Source: Antedon mediterranea | Taxonomy: Eukaryota > Animalia > Echinodermata | Assembly (NCBI RefSeq): GCF_964355755.1 | Contig: NC_092670.1 | Coordinates: 35,080,388-35,144,387 of the forward strand | Length of the DNA stretch: 64,000 bases | Direction of reading: 5' to 3' | The notes under the pieces: model-generated | What the model saw: the letters and a program-made list of their open reading frames with translations, nothing else | Database searches by the model: none | Told to the model about the DNA's origin: nothing | Shown: positions 14,048 through 25,864 of the stretch, piece by piece | Layout of the letters: each line of letters opens with the position of its first letter | Position numbering within the stretch: position 1 is the stretch's first letter | Made by a program: the position numbers and the translations under genes

Positions 14048-14550
14048 AGGGAGGTTTGGCAATCTTACGAATACGATAACGAAAACGGATACGTCATACA
14101 CACGTATTCGTTTTCGTAAGCCATAAAAAAATATGTTTGGCAACGAAATATTGAGGCGCGTCCAAAATATGACTGCGGTAAATTTGAGCGAAGCGCAGGT
14201 ACGTGTTGCTTGGTGCTTGGCTGCCTTGGCCTAGCGTAACATCAAAGCGAGTGAGGACTTTAAAAACTGCTATTTATCAAAATTGACTTGGCATTTTTTT
14301 AAATTACTTTAGTAAATTACTTTCAATAAATCTATAATTATATTATAATCATGAATCATTCCTGATTCACATGCAAAATGTGCAAAATAGATCAAAAACT
14401 ATACTCGTTTTGTAGTTACGAATATGACTGGTGATATTCGTCAACACGAATATGCTTTACGAATATGAAATGGGGATCAGCTCAAAAGTTTCACAAATGT
14501 ATGACGTATCCGTTTTCGTTATCGTATTCGTAAGGTTGCGAAACCTCCCT
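14048..14550. mobile_element. MITE with about 47-bp TIRs and 3-bp ATT TSD (PIF/Harbinger-related)
   Basis: AGGGAGGTTT..TTACGAATACGATAACGAAAACGGATACGTCATACA mirrored at the right end. ATT on both flanks. Confidence 0.8.
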
Positions 14551-15070
14551 ATTAACTTAGCAGATAACTGAAATAATACTCATAGACCAAACATCAATCG
14601 ATTAATCAGTATAAGATTGTATTTTTTTTTTTCTCATTGTGTGGAATAATTGTGTAAACAAAATAAATACTAATGTCTTTTTCCCTTTTCTAACGTGTGG
14701 CTTATCTTTTTTTATTCTAAATCCAAAAGGTTCAAAATGATTTATACCTCAAGTTATTATTGTAGGATTTCAGCCTAAGTGTTCTTCAGTTTCTTCGTAA
14801 TAAACCATTTCTATTGTAGTGAGACTTCAATATTTCCACTTTGAGACTAGTAAAATATGTCATGAGGATTTCATAGATAAACAATTGAACAACAATTAAA
14901 CAAATAGATAATTGTTGTCCGTGATTAGCAGCATTATTCTTGATTTCATAATAAAATCATTTATGAATAGGACTTCCGGAATAACAAATAATTTAAGATT
15001 ATTGGTGTTATATGGTATTAAGAAATCAGACAAGTTCTTGAAAAGAATAGAACTTTGTGTAAAATTATGC

Positions 15071-15613
15071 AATACCGTACCAGAAACTTGACTCAAGATC
15101 ATGCCAAAAGTGGATTTTATTATTGTATTCAACTTCTGAATAATATAGTACCTATACTAAGATGTTTATAATAAAGTTTTCATAAGAAATTATTAATCTT
15201 ATTTTTTTGTTAGTGGTTCAGCTTAAAAATGTTAATTTTTTGTTCATTATTTTACGGTATTATTTTTATATTTGTAATATCTTATGTTGGTGTTGGTCTT
15301 TGATGATTTTGTTTTTAAAGTGTACAGTATACTATTAATTATGTAATACCGTACTAGGAACTTGACTCAAGATCATGCCAAATGTAGATTTTATTTATAA
15401 TGTATTCAACTTCTGACTAATATGATAGCTTTACTAATATACGATTATATATGATTTCTTCAATACAAATTATTAATCTTGTTTTTGTTAGTGGTTCAGC
15501 TTGAAGATGCTCATCTATACATTACTTAACAGTATTACATTTAAAGATTATATTTTCTATTTATTTCTATTGATAAAATCTTTTAAATGTGTTTAGTCTT
15601 TGATGATTTTGTT
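15071..15613. repeat. Diverged tandem duplication, about 275-bp unit x2
   Basis: AATACCGTAC..CTTGACTCAAGATCATGCCAAA, GTTAGTGGTTCAGCTT and TCTTTGATGATTTTGTT each occur twice in the same order. Confidence 0.8.
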
Positions 15614-15686
15614 CGTACAGATAAATATCATATGTCACAGCTTAAATCTTTTCTGAAAAAAACCTCTCTGTGGGACCTTACTTTAC

Positions 15687-16900
15687 TACAGTAGAATAAG
15701 ACCCTTTCTTTTTGGAAACTCCTATTCATGGGACAACCTATTTTAAGAAAACAGTTTCCCATGAATTGGAAATACATGTTTGAACACTATATGGCCAACT
15801 CCCATTCATGGGACAACCTATTTTAAGAAAACAGTTTCCCATGAATTGGAAATACATGTTTGAACACTATATGGCCAACTCCCATTCATTCATGGGACAC
15901 CCTATTTTAAGAAAACAGTTTCCCATGAATTGGAATTGTTTGAACACTATGGCCAACTCCCATTCACGGGACACCCTATTTTAAGAAAACAGTTTCCCAT
16001 GAATTGGAAATACATGTTTGAACACTATATGGCCAACTCTTATTCATGGGACAACCTATTTTAAGAAAACAGTTTCCCATGAATTGGAAATACATGTTTG
16101 AACACTATATGGCCAACTCCCATTCATGGGACAACCTATTTTAAGAAAACAGTTTCCCATGAATTGGAAATACATGTTTGAACACTATATGGCCAACTCC
16201 CATTCATGGGACACCCTATTTTAAGAAAACAGTTTCCCATGAATTGGAAATACATGTTTGAACACTATATGGCCAACTCCCATTCATGGGACACCCTATT
16301 TTAAGAAAACAGTTTCCCATGAATTGGAAATACATGTTTGAACACTATATGGCCAACTCCCATTCATGGGACAACCTATTTTAAGAAAACAGTTTCCCAT
16401 GAATTGGAAATACATGTTTGAACACTATATGGCCAACTCCCATTCATGGGACACCCTATTTTAAGAAAACAGTTTCCCATGAATTGAAAATACATGTTTG
16501 AACACTATATGGCCAACTCCCATTCATGGGACACCCTATTTTAAGAAAACAGTTTCCCATGAATTGGAAATACATGTTTGAACACTATATGGCCAACTCC
16601 CATTCATGGGACACCCTATTTTAAGAAAACAGTTTCCCATGAATTGGAAATACATGCTTCAACACTATATGGCCAACTCCCATTCATGGGACACCCTATT
16701 TTAAGAAAACAGTTTCCCATGAATTGGAAATACATGTTTGAACACTATATGGCCAACTCCCATTCATGGGACACCCTATTTTAAGAAAACAGTTTCCCAT
16801 GAATTGGAAATACATGTTTGAACACTATATGGCTAACTCCCATTCATGGGACACCCCTATTGGATCCTGAAGGTGTCCCTTTAATAGAGGCTCTACTGTA
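15687..16900. mobile_element. TACAGTAGA-ended MITE (Tc1/mariner/pogo-like, TA target) expanded by an internal array
   Basis: TACAGTAGA at 15687 and TCTACTGTA at 16900, with GGGACAC/GTGTCCC subterminal motifs. Confidence 0.7.
15717..16859. repeat. 80-bp tandem repeat, about 14 near-identical copies
   Basis: AACACTATAT recurs at 16021, 16101, 16181 ... 16821 (period 80). No unique spacers. Confidence 0.95.
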
Positions 16901-17191
16901 TAAATAGTACTTGGAGTACATTTCTCTATGTTGAAGTAATGAAAATATTAAACAAACGTTCGCCTACAAAATTTCTTCTACTGCAAGGTCATATCTATTC
17001 AGTAGTCAAGGTGTTGTGAGGAATCCTTAGATCTTTAATCCTCAAAATCTAACTGTATCAACATATGCATGACATCAATATATCACGATAAAAGCTTGTG
17101 TGGTTTTTTTTCACAGCTTAAAGTTGCTGTAGGTTAAGTGTTAATGGATGAAAAATGAATTATACTGATTATAGTAATCTTAGGTACGAGT

Positions 17192-17212
17192 TTGCGTGTT
17201 CGTGAGTCAGCA
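17192..17212 (+). promoter_or_regulatory. Adjacent XRE (TTGCGTG) and ARE/NF-E2 site (GTGAGTCAGCA) in the P450 long intron
   Basis: Exact consensus matches at 17192-17198 and 17202-17212. Function not shown. Confidence 0.4.
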
Positions 17213-17374
17213 GACTACACAAATCAGTGAAGCATGGATTTAGAAAGAGTGGGTGGCGGGGGCTTGGTAGTCTCCCTCTACCAAATTTTTATTTATCAAA
17301 CCGTAATCAACTTTCGATTGACTTTATACATAATTTATTCAGTTTTTATTTTAAATGTTCTTCATAGTGTGTAC

Positions 17375-17552
17375 TATAGTATAACCTCTATTGAGGGGAC
17401 ACCTTGTGAGTACAACAAAGTGGTTTTTGAAAGGGGTGTCCCCTAATAGGAATCGGCCATAAAACATAATATTTTCACCAGTTATTATTTAATTGGAAAG
17501 TGTCCCCTTCTAACTGTAGCTAAGGAGTGTCCCAAACGAGTATTCTTCTGCA
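17375..17552. mobile_element. Unexpanded degenerate copy of the TACAGTAGA MITE family
   Basis: TATAGTATAACCTCTATTGAGGGGACACC...GGGGTGTCCCCTAATAGG..GGCCA. Related pieces near 8160-8230, 9770-9830, 18600-18710, 22180-22350, 30909 and 52000. Confidence 0.55.
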
Positions 17553-17879
17553 TATTGATATATTGTCATTTATTAAAAAAACATTATTTCATTTTTAAAC
17601 CATTTTTAAAACAAAAATAATTTATTTATTACTATCATGCACACAATTGAAGAAATTTCAAGGATTTTTTAAATTAAAATAGATTATCTCTTCTTAATGA
17701 TAATTATATGAACTGTTTTTAACAACACTAGAGAAGAGTTCATTTAAAAGGGATTTCCTATTTCATATTTTAGATATACTAGATATTTCCTAAGAAAAGG
17801 GAATTCCCTAAACTTTATAGTGTGATGTTCATAGTGTCTCCTCAATGAGGCATCTTTTAAACAAGGTTGATTTCCCTTA

Positions 17880-18597
17880 AGCGTGGTTCCCACTAGGACG
17901 CAATGCAAGGACTCACATGCTAGTTTACCAATGACAAGCCACTGTTCGAATAATCCATACATATCCACCATTTATATATCGTACGATTTAGCTTTAGAGG
18001 AGACGCAACTCCTTTCGCTTGCGGCAAGGAAGGAAAGTCTGGTCCTTTCCTTTGGTCAGGGTCTCATAAAATCGGCTTTGCACAGGGATATGCTCCCTCC
18101 TTGCCGCAAGCGAAAATTAAACCTTAGATCCAATGGTGGAAATCTGGAAGTGCCTAAATGCAAAACCGACAGATATAAACGGTCTGCTGTACCGTATATT
18201 GTTAATCTGCTTAACTCGAAATAATTTTTTTTTATTATATATAGGATTTTTATAAGTAAATAAATAAATTCATTTAAATTAATACTATTGTATATATTGC
18301 TTAAAATAAATTAAAACCTTGATAAATATATTTAAAATACTAGATAAATTTTAATGATTAATGTACAGTCTATTTATTTTTCTTATGCATATTGTAAATT
18401 GTTTTGTATTTTTTATCTGTAATGTAAATTTTTTATATAATGTGCTACAATAATTTCAGACTTGTTCTGCTTTTTGTAATGTTTAAATACCGGAATAAAT
18501 AAATCACTTGTGATTGGTCAAAACACTTACGTTGTGTTAGGTCCTTACATTGTGTTAAGTCCTTGCGTTGCGTTTCGTTATGAGTGGGAATCAAGCT
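17880..18597. mobile_element. Harbinger-type MITE (AGC[GT]TGGTTCCCACT family) interrupted by a LINE
   Basis: Ends AGCGTGGTTCCCACT / AGTGGGAATCAAGCT with TTA TSD. Partial copies near 11662, 29820-29890 and 46922. Confidence 0.75.
17985..18504 (+). mobile_element. 5'-truncated LINE (L2/Crack-like): ORF2 C-terminus and 3' UTR
   Basis: LPPCRKRKLNLRS..PKCKTDRYKRSAVPYIVNLLNSK* resembles LINE ORF2 C-termini. AT-rich UTR ends AATAAATAAAT. Confidence 0.7.
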
Positions 18598-20866
18598 TTA
18601 GTGGTGTCCCTTTGAATAGAGGTATCTAAATGGATAGGGTGCCTTTGAATAAGGGTGTCCCCAATAGGGGTGTCCCTCGAGAATAATGACCCAAACAGGG
18701 GGCTTCTGTATTGTATTTATTGTTTACAAATTGTTGATTTACCCCCTTATACTGTTAAATCACAGCTGTTGGTTATTTCACCCTTAAGTGTCAATGATAT
18801 GCTATGACATTTATTAGGTATTGATGTTTCATTTTACATTAAAAAACCTTGGTTGGGTATTTCCCATGAGGAATTAAAATAACAGAGTTCTTTATTTATC
18901 AGCTTATTCAGTTAAGGAATCACTTTTTTTTGGTTAATAGTCATAAGGACATTCCTATTATGTATATTAACATGTATGTAACAATGTTGCTACTGTAACA
19001 CTACATGTCTACAAACATTTTTTTTTTTAATGTCACTGTGTATTTTATTTCATATTTTATTAGTAAAATTTGAGTATTTGGCAAACTTTTTTAAACACAA
19101 AATAGACTTATAACATAGACAATAAAGAATGTTTTTTGAATCAAGATTTATTGGTTTTTTAAAAATCTATTTTAAAAAATGTTTTAGAAATTTATTTCCC
19201 AGCCACTATTGTTTTTTATTTTAATTTTTGCCATTGTGATTTTACCTTTTTTCAGTTATTTGTTAGTGTATAAAATTACTTTCAAATGTATATTCTATCC
19301 TAACCTTAATTTTTCTTACGAATCCAACATTCTCAGTGATTTCAAAAGTCATTTATTTATATTTTATGATCGAAAATGTCTTACAAAATGGTATGGTATA
19401 CAGATTTTTTTTAACAGGGGAGGTTTAAACTGTCTGGTCCAATGTACCATTGAACTAACAATTGGATGACCCTCTCAATAGCAGATGTAATTTATTTACC
19501 AAGCTGTTCACGTATTAGGACATTTGTCCAATACCATAAGGATTTTGTTAAAATTAAGGAACTAGTTGATGTTAGAGCGGATGTGTGACAAGCCAGTTTT
19601 GTTAACAATTTGACAACCAAATTAAGAAAGTTTAACAATTTTTGGAAATATAAAAATAAACATTTTGGACAAATATTATTGACTCTGAATGTTTTGAGGT
19701 CATGCAATAAAAAGGAAAGTACCTGTACCAACAAATATTTTTTTCCTGAAATTCTTCTTCTTTGTTTCATTATGTTTTACAAACATTTAAAAACTGCCTT
19801 TTGGTTTTTAATTTAGGACCAATCATAGAATTTCATTAAATTGTGCGTAATTTACGCTGAGCAACTTTGAATCCTTATAACAAGTGAAGTACATATCTTC
19901 ACGTAAGGTCTAAACCTTGACTATTAAAAGTTATGAAATGTTCTGTTTTCAAGTTTTAGTAAAAACATGACCAACAAAAATGGAAACAAGCAAGAAACTG
20001 ATGATGATTGAAGAAAAAAAAGGTTAGGTTATCTTGTCTAATCCTATGAACATTTACTACAATAACAATGTATTGCATCAAGCTTTTGCCATTTTTAATC
20101 ATTATGTAAATCATAATTTGGAAATTTATTTTAATCTAAATTAATTTTTTACGGTTTCTCTCCTAAATAAACATTCTGTATGTGAAAACATGTAGTACAT
20201 TAGTAATGTTTGAACTCTGTGTTGTATTATTCATGATGATGTTATTATAGATGGTATTCATATTATCTTTCCATAATTGCCCATTAACCACCAATGGATC
20301 ATTCAGCGTTATGTTAGATAGCTCAGGTGTGCGTCCCTCTAGCGTTATTAACCTCACACCTAAAACATTAAGTGGATTTTTAAAGAACCTATGCTTAGCG
20401 AGGTTCCTTCTCACCCTCTTCAACCCTGACTCAAGGCTGATGGTTAGAGGCCCAGGTAAATGACCAGATACAACTAATCAGATTAGAGTTTAAACTATTA
20501 TGATGTTGCTAAAATAGACAAGAACTGTTATTTATTGCAGCCACTAGGCCGACCACTACTAACAAGGCAATGGAGATCTAAAGAATACTGTGTTATGATA
20601 AAAATCTAAAATTAAATTAGTAAATATTTCCATAAGCAAATTACTGAAAACGCAGTTGGAAACAATGGCTGGATATCAACAATTCAGATATATAAAGAAA
20701 AAAGTTAAATTAAAATATAGCCAAAGAACCCAAGCTTTCCCTGTTTAATCTTTTTTCATAATACATTTTTATGAATATTTAAAATCATCTTTTTCTTTAG
20801 ATTAATATTGTTTGCACAATATATCATATACCATAATGTAATATTAATAATGAGTAGATATATCTA

Positions 20867-20912
20867 TTAATTACTAATAATTAATTATATATAATTAATT
20901 ATTAGTAATTAA
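20867..20912. repeat. Perfect 46-bp spacerless AT-rich palindrome
   Basis: TTAATTACTAATAATTAATTATA followed directly by its reverse complement. Confidence 0.9.
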
Positions 20913-21124
20913 ATTATTTTGTCTGCACAAAAAAGAGATGAATATTAACTTTCAATAGGCCATTTTAGGTAAAATTATTTCTTAATTATTACTAATTATT
21001 TTTTAAAATCCATTTTTATGACATGTGAAATTAATTACAATGGCCTATTCAACAACCAATTTATTTGTTCAGGCAACAATACAGTATATCTTTAATCTAT
21101 AATTATATAAATTTCATTTATTAC

Positions 21125-22022
21125 CTGCAAAGAAGATTGTCCAGATGTTGATAACAATATGTTCAGGTGTTAATAGACGAAGAACATTCTCATCTCCTTG
21201 CGCTTTTGCGTTACGTGCTTCCTTTAATAAGACATCAAGCATATCTCTTATAACGCCCTCTTTGTACGTGGCATCATGTTCGTAATATTTTTTCATAAGC
21301 AGACAGTCTCTTCTATCTCGTGCTTTGCTCAACGCATTTAACCATTTGTTGGGAATTTTTTGCAACCATGGTAACAAGTTGACGGGATGTGCCGGAGAGA
21401 TGCCTTTGATTATGTCTGATGAATAACTGAGGATTTCTTCCAGCTCAGAATCGTCACGGTGGTATCGCTGTCCGAATGCAAGGTTGTAAAGAATGTTGAG
21501 AGAAGCCAAGTGACAATCCTTTCTCGGATTAAATGGCTTATTTTCATAACTTTCAAAGTGCCTTATTAGGTCCTCTGCTTCCTCTGTAATTTTCGTATTC
21601 AGGTTTGTGTCTGAGATTACACGAAACGTGTTTTTCATAAGTCTTGTATGAGTTCGAAACTCCTGTTTGTCGGAGCACGTCATAAAACATTTATTCAGAA
21701 AAAAGTCAATTGAAAAAACTTTTGGCCTGCTCGTTAAGTGAGGTCCGTTGTACGCTTGCTTAACCTGCGCCGTGTCATTTAAGATAACGACACGATCCGA
21801 GCCAAATTTTATTGTAAAAATTTTACCATGCCTTTTTGCAAGTTCGCCGAGAGATAAATGCATAAATTTGTGGTCAAGGTTCAATAAGTTTCCAATAAAC
21901 GGTAACGATAGTGGACCAGGCGGCATGCGAAGAATATAAAAGTCTCGTAATTCACTTATGTAATACAGTGTAATGTAAATAAATGCTGCTGATAAGAAAT
22001 AAACAACTAACGTCGAAATCAT
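21125..22022 (-). CDS. Cytochrome P450 (clan 2, CYP1-like), first coding exon (aa 1-299)
   Basis: N-terminal hydrophobic anchor and proline-rich hinge MPPGPLSLPFIGNL. Ends in the I-helix IFFA-G at donor G|GTAATA (phase 1). Upstream acceptor poly-T ACAG at 22075-22076. Confidence 0.95.
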
Positions 22023-23018
22023 ATTGAGGTATGTACTGGAATTTATGTAACAATTACTATTTTATATGCGAATCCTGTAAAAAAAAAAAAAAATTTTAAT
22101 TATTGTAGCTAATTAACATTTTTGAAGATCTAACATGTTCAATAATATTCATCTATTTATACAGTTATTTCATTATATAGTAGTGTTAAGGGTACACCTT
22201 ATAAAACCCAACAGAATGTCCTCTTAGTACAGGTGTCCTCTTAGTACAGGTGTCCCCTGAGTACAGGTGTCCCCTGAAAAAGAGTTGGCCATGATCTTAA
22301 AACATTGCCTTTCCATCATTTCACTTAAAAGTGTCCCCTGAATAGGAGGGATTTACAATCATTACAGTGAAATAGAAACTTCAATCATGAATATGCATTT
22401 CTAATTTGAATATTTAAAATTAAAATAGTATTTGAAAAATTAAGTTATTTAATATTAATAATGTTTATTTAAATTTTTGATTTAAATATCATAAATATGC
22501 ATTTCAAATTTAAATATACATGTTTATATTTAAATAAGTAAAATTAAACTAAAATTTATGTCAAAAAATTAAATTTACAAAATATTAATGAATACAAATT
22601 TTATTAATCAAATTTAAATTTTAGTATGCTGAATGGTGAACTTCAATTGAATCCGATGCATTTTAAATTAATAATTACCATTTATTACAGAACTTCAGTA
22701 GTTTTATCCGTACGATTAATAATCAAATATAATAACATAATATGGATATTAATAAAAAGTTTTATTAAGGTTTACCTAATATAATTGACGGTATTTACTA
22801 CTAAAAAGAATAATAATCAAATCTGATAACATAATTTGAATATTAAAAATGGAATAAAACATTATAATATAAAGATTTACCTATGAAATATTAACAGGTA
22901 TATACATTTATAATCAAATAACATAACATGAATATTTGAAATAAAAGAATTAATAAAATACAGTACATGTAGGATACAATCTATAAATTAATAATTTAAT
23001 AAAGAAATGAATTATTAC

Positions 23019-23115
23019 CTATTCTCTTCTTTTGATGTTACTCATTAGATGTTTCAAAACATAGTAAAGATAAAATCCTGGTTATGTCTTGTCTTCTGTC
23101 AAAATTATGTATCTG
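23019..23115 (-). other. Probable non-coding first exon (5' UTR) of the P450
   Basis: Donor AG|GTAATA at 23019/23018 could splice to the strong acceptor at 22075. It lies just downstream of a TATA box. The 5' end is estimated. Confidence 0.45.
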
Positions 23116-23140
23116 TCCTCTTAGAAGTCATTGTGACTGA

Positions 23141-23346
23141 TTATATAGGGTAGACAAGGTTATAAATGGTAGTACTAACAGACCAACATTGGTTCTAATC
23201 CATTGGTCAGTTGAACATTTCTAGTTACAAACCATATTTTGATATATTACATTGTAGATCAGTTGACCAATCAGAGTTGAATGATCGCTGTTTGTGATTG
23301 GTCAGAAGATTTGAGCATCATAAGTTCTAAGCTCCGCCTCCAATAG
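23141..23346 (-). promoter_or_regulatory. Putative P450 core promoter: TATA box, several CCAAT boxes, GC box
   Basis: CTATATAA on minus at 23141-23148. CCAAT/ATTGG near 23188, 23202, 23267 (GACCAATCAGAG), 23297 (TGATTGGTC) and 23340. CTCCGCCTC near 23332. Confidence 0.55.
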
Positions 23347-23920
23347 CTAGTCACTGTAATGTCTACCATTAAATCTAGTAGTGATACTATACTATGTGTA
23401 TCGGTAATTAGATTTATCACTCGAGTTATACTAGTTGGACTACTTCAGAAGTTGGATACTGTCTCGTGGTAACATCACTTAGGACTTTTTTACATGCATT
23501 TTTGTGTAGTAGTAGGCTAGAGTACAGACAATTAAGGAATGAATTTGTTAGCCTTTTAGCACCCACATTTCATTTAAATGCATATTAGATTTTTCCCATT
23601 CTCACAGATTTCTTCATCTTTATTATATCTAATATATCAATCAATATTAATCACCATTTGAGTTGTATTTTAATTCCATTCCAAAATTGTTTATCTAAAA
23701 AATCTACCAAGCTATTTTCATTGTTTTCTACTCTTACTCCTCCTCTACCATCTATTCACCAGCCTGTTTCTCCTTTGTTTTTATTTCTTTTATTCCAGTC
23801 CAGCGCTTGTCTGGTTCATATTCTCAATTAACTGATTTCTGGTTCGTACTCTCACTTGCACTGAGGAAGGAATTTTTCTGGCTGTTTTACTTTATCGTTT
23901 TGATTTAGCTTTTTGCTTAT

Positions 23921-24823
23921 TAATAATAATAATAATAATAAACAATATTTATATAGCGCCTAATGGATCACTGACCCCTCTAGGTGCTTTACATTAGACC
24001 CTAACTAATGGTAATAAACTATCCCCCGCCGGACACCATTCCGGTATTTCTTAGTCGAGGTTTCGGGGATGGAAACGATCAATAATATGAAAGAATGTAA
24101 CTATGCTTAACTAAGGTAAAACTATCCCCCGCCCGACACCATCCCAGTATTTCTGAGTCAATGTTTCGGGGCCAGAATTAAGAATAGAGAGTAAATGAAG
24201 CATGCACTAACTTAACTAGGGTTAAACTATCCCCCGCCCAAAACCATCCCAGTATTTCTGAGTCAAGGTTTCGGGGATGGAAACGATCAATAATGGGAAA
24301 GAATGTAACTATGCTTAACTAAGGTAAAACTATCCTCCGCCGGACACTATCCCCCGCCGGACACCATCCCGGTATTTCTGAGTCCAGGTTTCGGGGATGG
24401 AAACGATCAATAATATGAAAGAATTTAACTATGCTTAACTAAGGTAAAACTATCCCCCGCCCGAAACCATCCCAGTATTTCTGAGTCAAGGTTTTGGGGA
24501 TGGAAACGATCAATAATGTGAAAGAATTTAACTATGCTTAACTAAGGTAAAACTATCCCCCGCCCGACACCATCCCAGTATTTCTGAGTCAAGGTTTTGG
24601 GGATGGAAACGATCAATAATATGAAAGAATTTAACTATGCTTAACTAAGGTAAAACTATCCCCCGCCCGAAACCATCCCAGTATTTCTGAGTCAAGGTTT
24701 TGGGGATGGAAACGATCAATAATGTGAAAGAATGTAACTATGCTTAACTAAGGTAAAACTATCCCCCGCCGGACACCATCCCGGTATTTCTGAGTCCAGG
24801 TTTCGGGGCCAGAATTAAGAATA
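23921..24823 (-). mobile_element. L2-type retroposon 3' end carrying a tandem array
   Basis: Minus strand ends TGTAAAGCACCTAGAG...GGCGCTATATAAATATTGTT(TAT)n, the typical L2 3' stem-loop and tail. Confidence 0.6.
24016..24823. repeat. 103-bp tandem repeat, 8 copies
   Basis: CTATCCCCCGCC-type unit starts at 24019, 24122, 24227, 24330/24347, 24450, 24553, 24656 and 24759. Confidence 0.93.
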
Positions 24824-25109
24824 GTATTTTATATATTCATTTACAATATTTCATTTTTGTGTCTTCATTACAATCCAAAATTTGTTTTAATACTTTATTT
24901 AGAGTTTCTTTTCTCTTTAGATTTGATATCTAGAGTTCATGGCCTTAGATCAAGTTACGTAATTCGTTGTTGTCTAACATTTCTCTAAGCATTTTCCCAT
25001 TATGATTTTATCAAATAAAACATTTTTAAAAATGCTTTTAATACAAGTTAAGATCGTGTTATTGATCATAGACAAATCCAAACGTAGAATTTCATTTTAC
25101 ACAAAAGGG

Positions 25110-25523
25110 TATACAAATAAATTTTATAATGAATGTTTATGAGTGGAATGGTGAGAATATTTCATGAGTTGAAAAATTGACTCTATTTTAACGACGTGGA
25201 GCCGAGTTAAATAGAGCAGTCAATTTTTCAACGAATGAAATATTCCCACCATTCAAAAAATACAAAGCATTAATGATTTGTTTTAAAACACCTACTTTTA
25301 TTCAAGTTATCCATGGTAAATCATTAATGAATGCTAGGCAGGGAAGCTAGGCCAACAACGTCGTGTGGCAAAAATTCTCAAAATGTTTGCAGAAAGCTGA
25401 ACGTGCATTAGTACCGTTCATTATCACCATTATATCACTCTTCAATGAGATAGGGCGAATTCCAAATAACACATGATGCGTAATTGACAATCAAATTACA
25501 ATACAATGAGATGTGCTATAATA
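25110..25523 (-). mobile_element. Element with a long subterminal hairpin (Crypton-like), reverse orientation
   Basis: Imperfect hairpin at about 25128-25280 centred on ACGACGTGGAGCCGAGT. Architecture matches 34832-35145. Confidence 0.5.
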
Positions 25524-25657
25524 AAGACATTAACGCATGCTTTAATATTTTGGACATGTCAAACTTTATGTTGTGCCTCATTTTAACTTACTCCTTATTT
25601 AGTCTGAATTTACGTGAGAATTAAAATATCCTTGAATTTGAAGAAATATCACACATC

Positions 25658-25864
25658 ACATGCCTTATTTTAGCCTAGTCGACTTTTTAAAGTTAGAATT
25701 TCATCCGAGAAAAACTCTTGCATTACAGAAGATGGTAAGACATAACACACGCTTAATTTTAGCCTAGTCAACCATTTAAAGTCAGAGTTTCACCTGAGAA
25801 AAACCCCTTGCGTTACAGGAAACGGTCAGACATAACACATGCTTTATTTTAGCCTAGTCAACCC
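25658..25864. repeat. About 90-bp tandem repeat, 2.3 copies
   Basis: TTTTAGCCTAGTC recurs with AGCC at 25672, 25761 and 25851. Confidence 0.8.

Noticed and set aside
15717-16859. CRISPR-like array
   Set aside because: Units are contiguous and near-identical with no unique spacers, there are no cas genes, and the context is a eukaryotic intron. The same applies to the 103-, 95- and 35-bp arrays.
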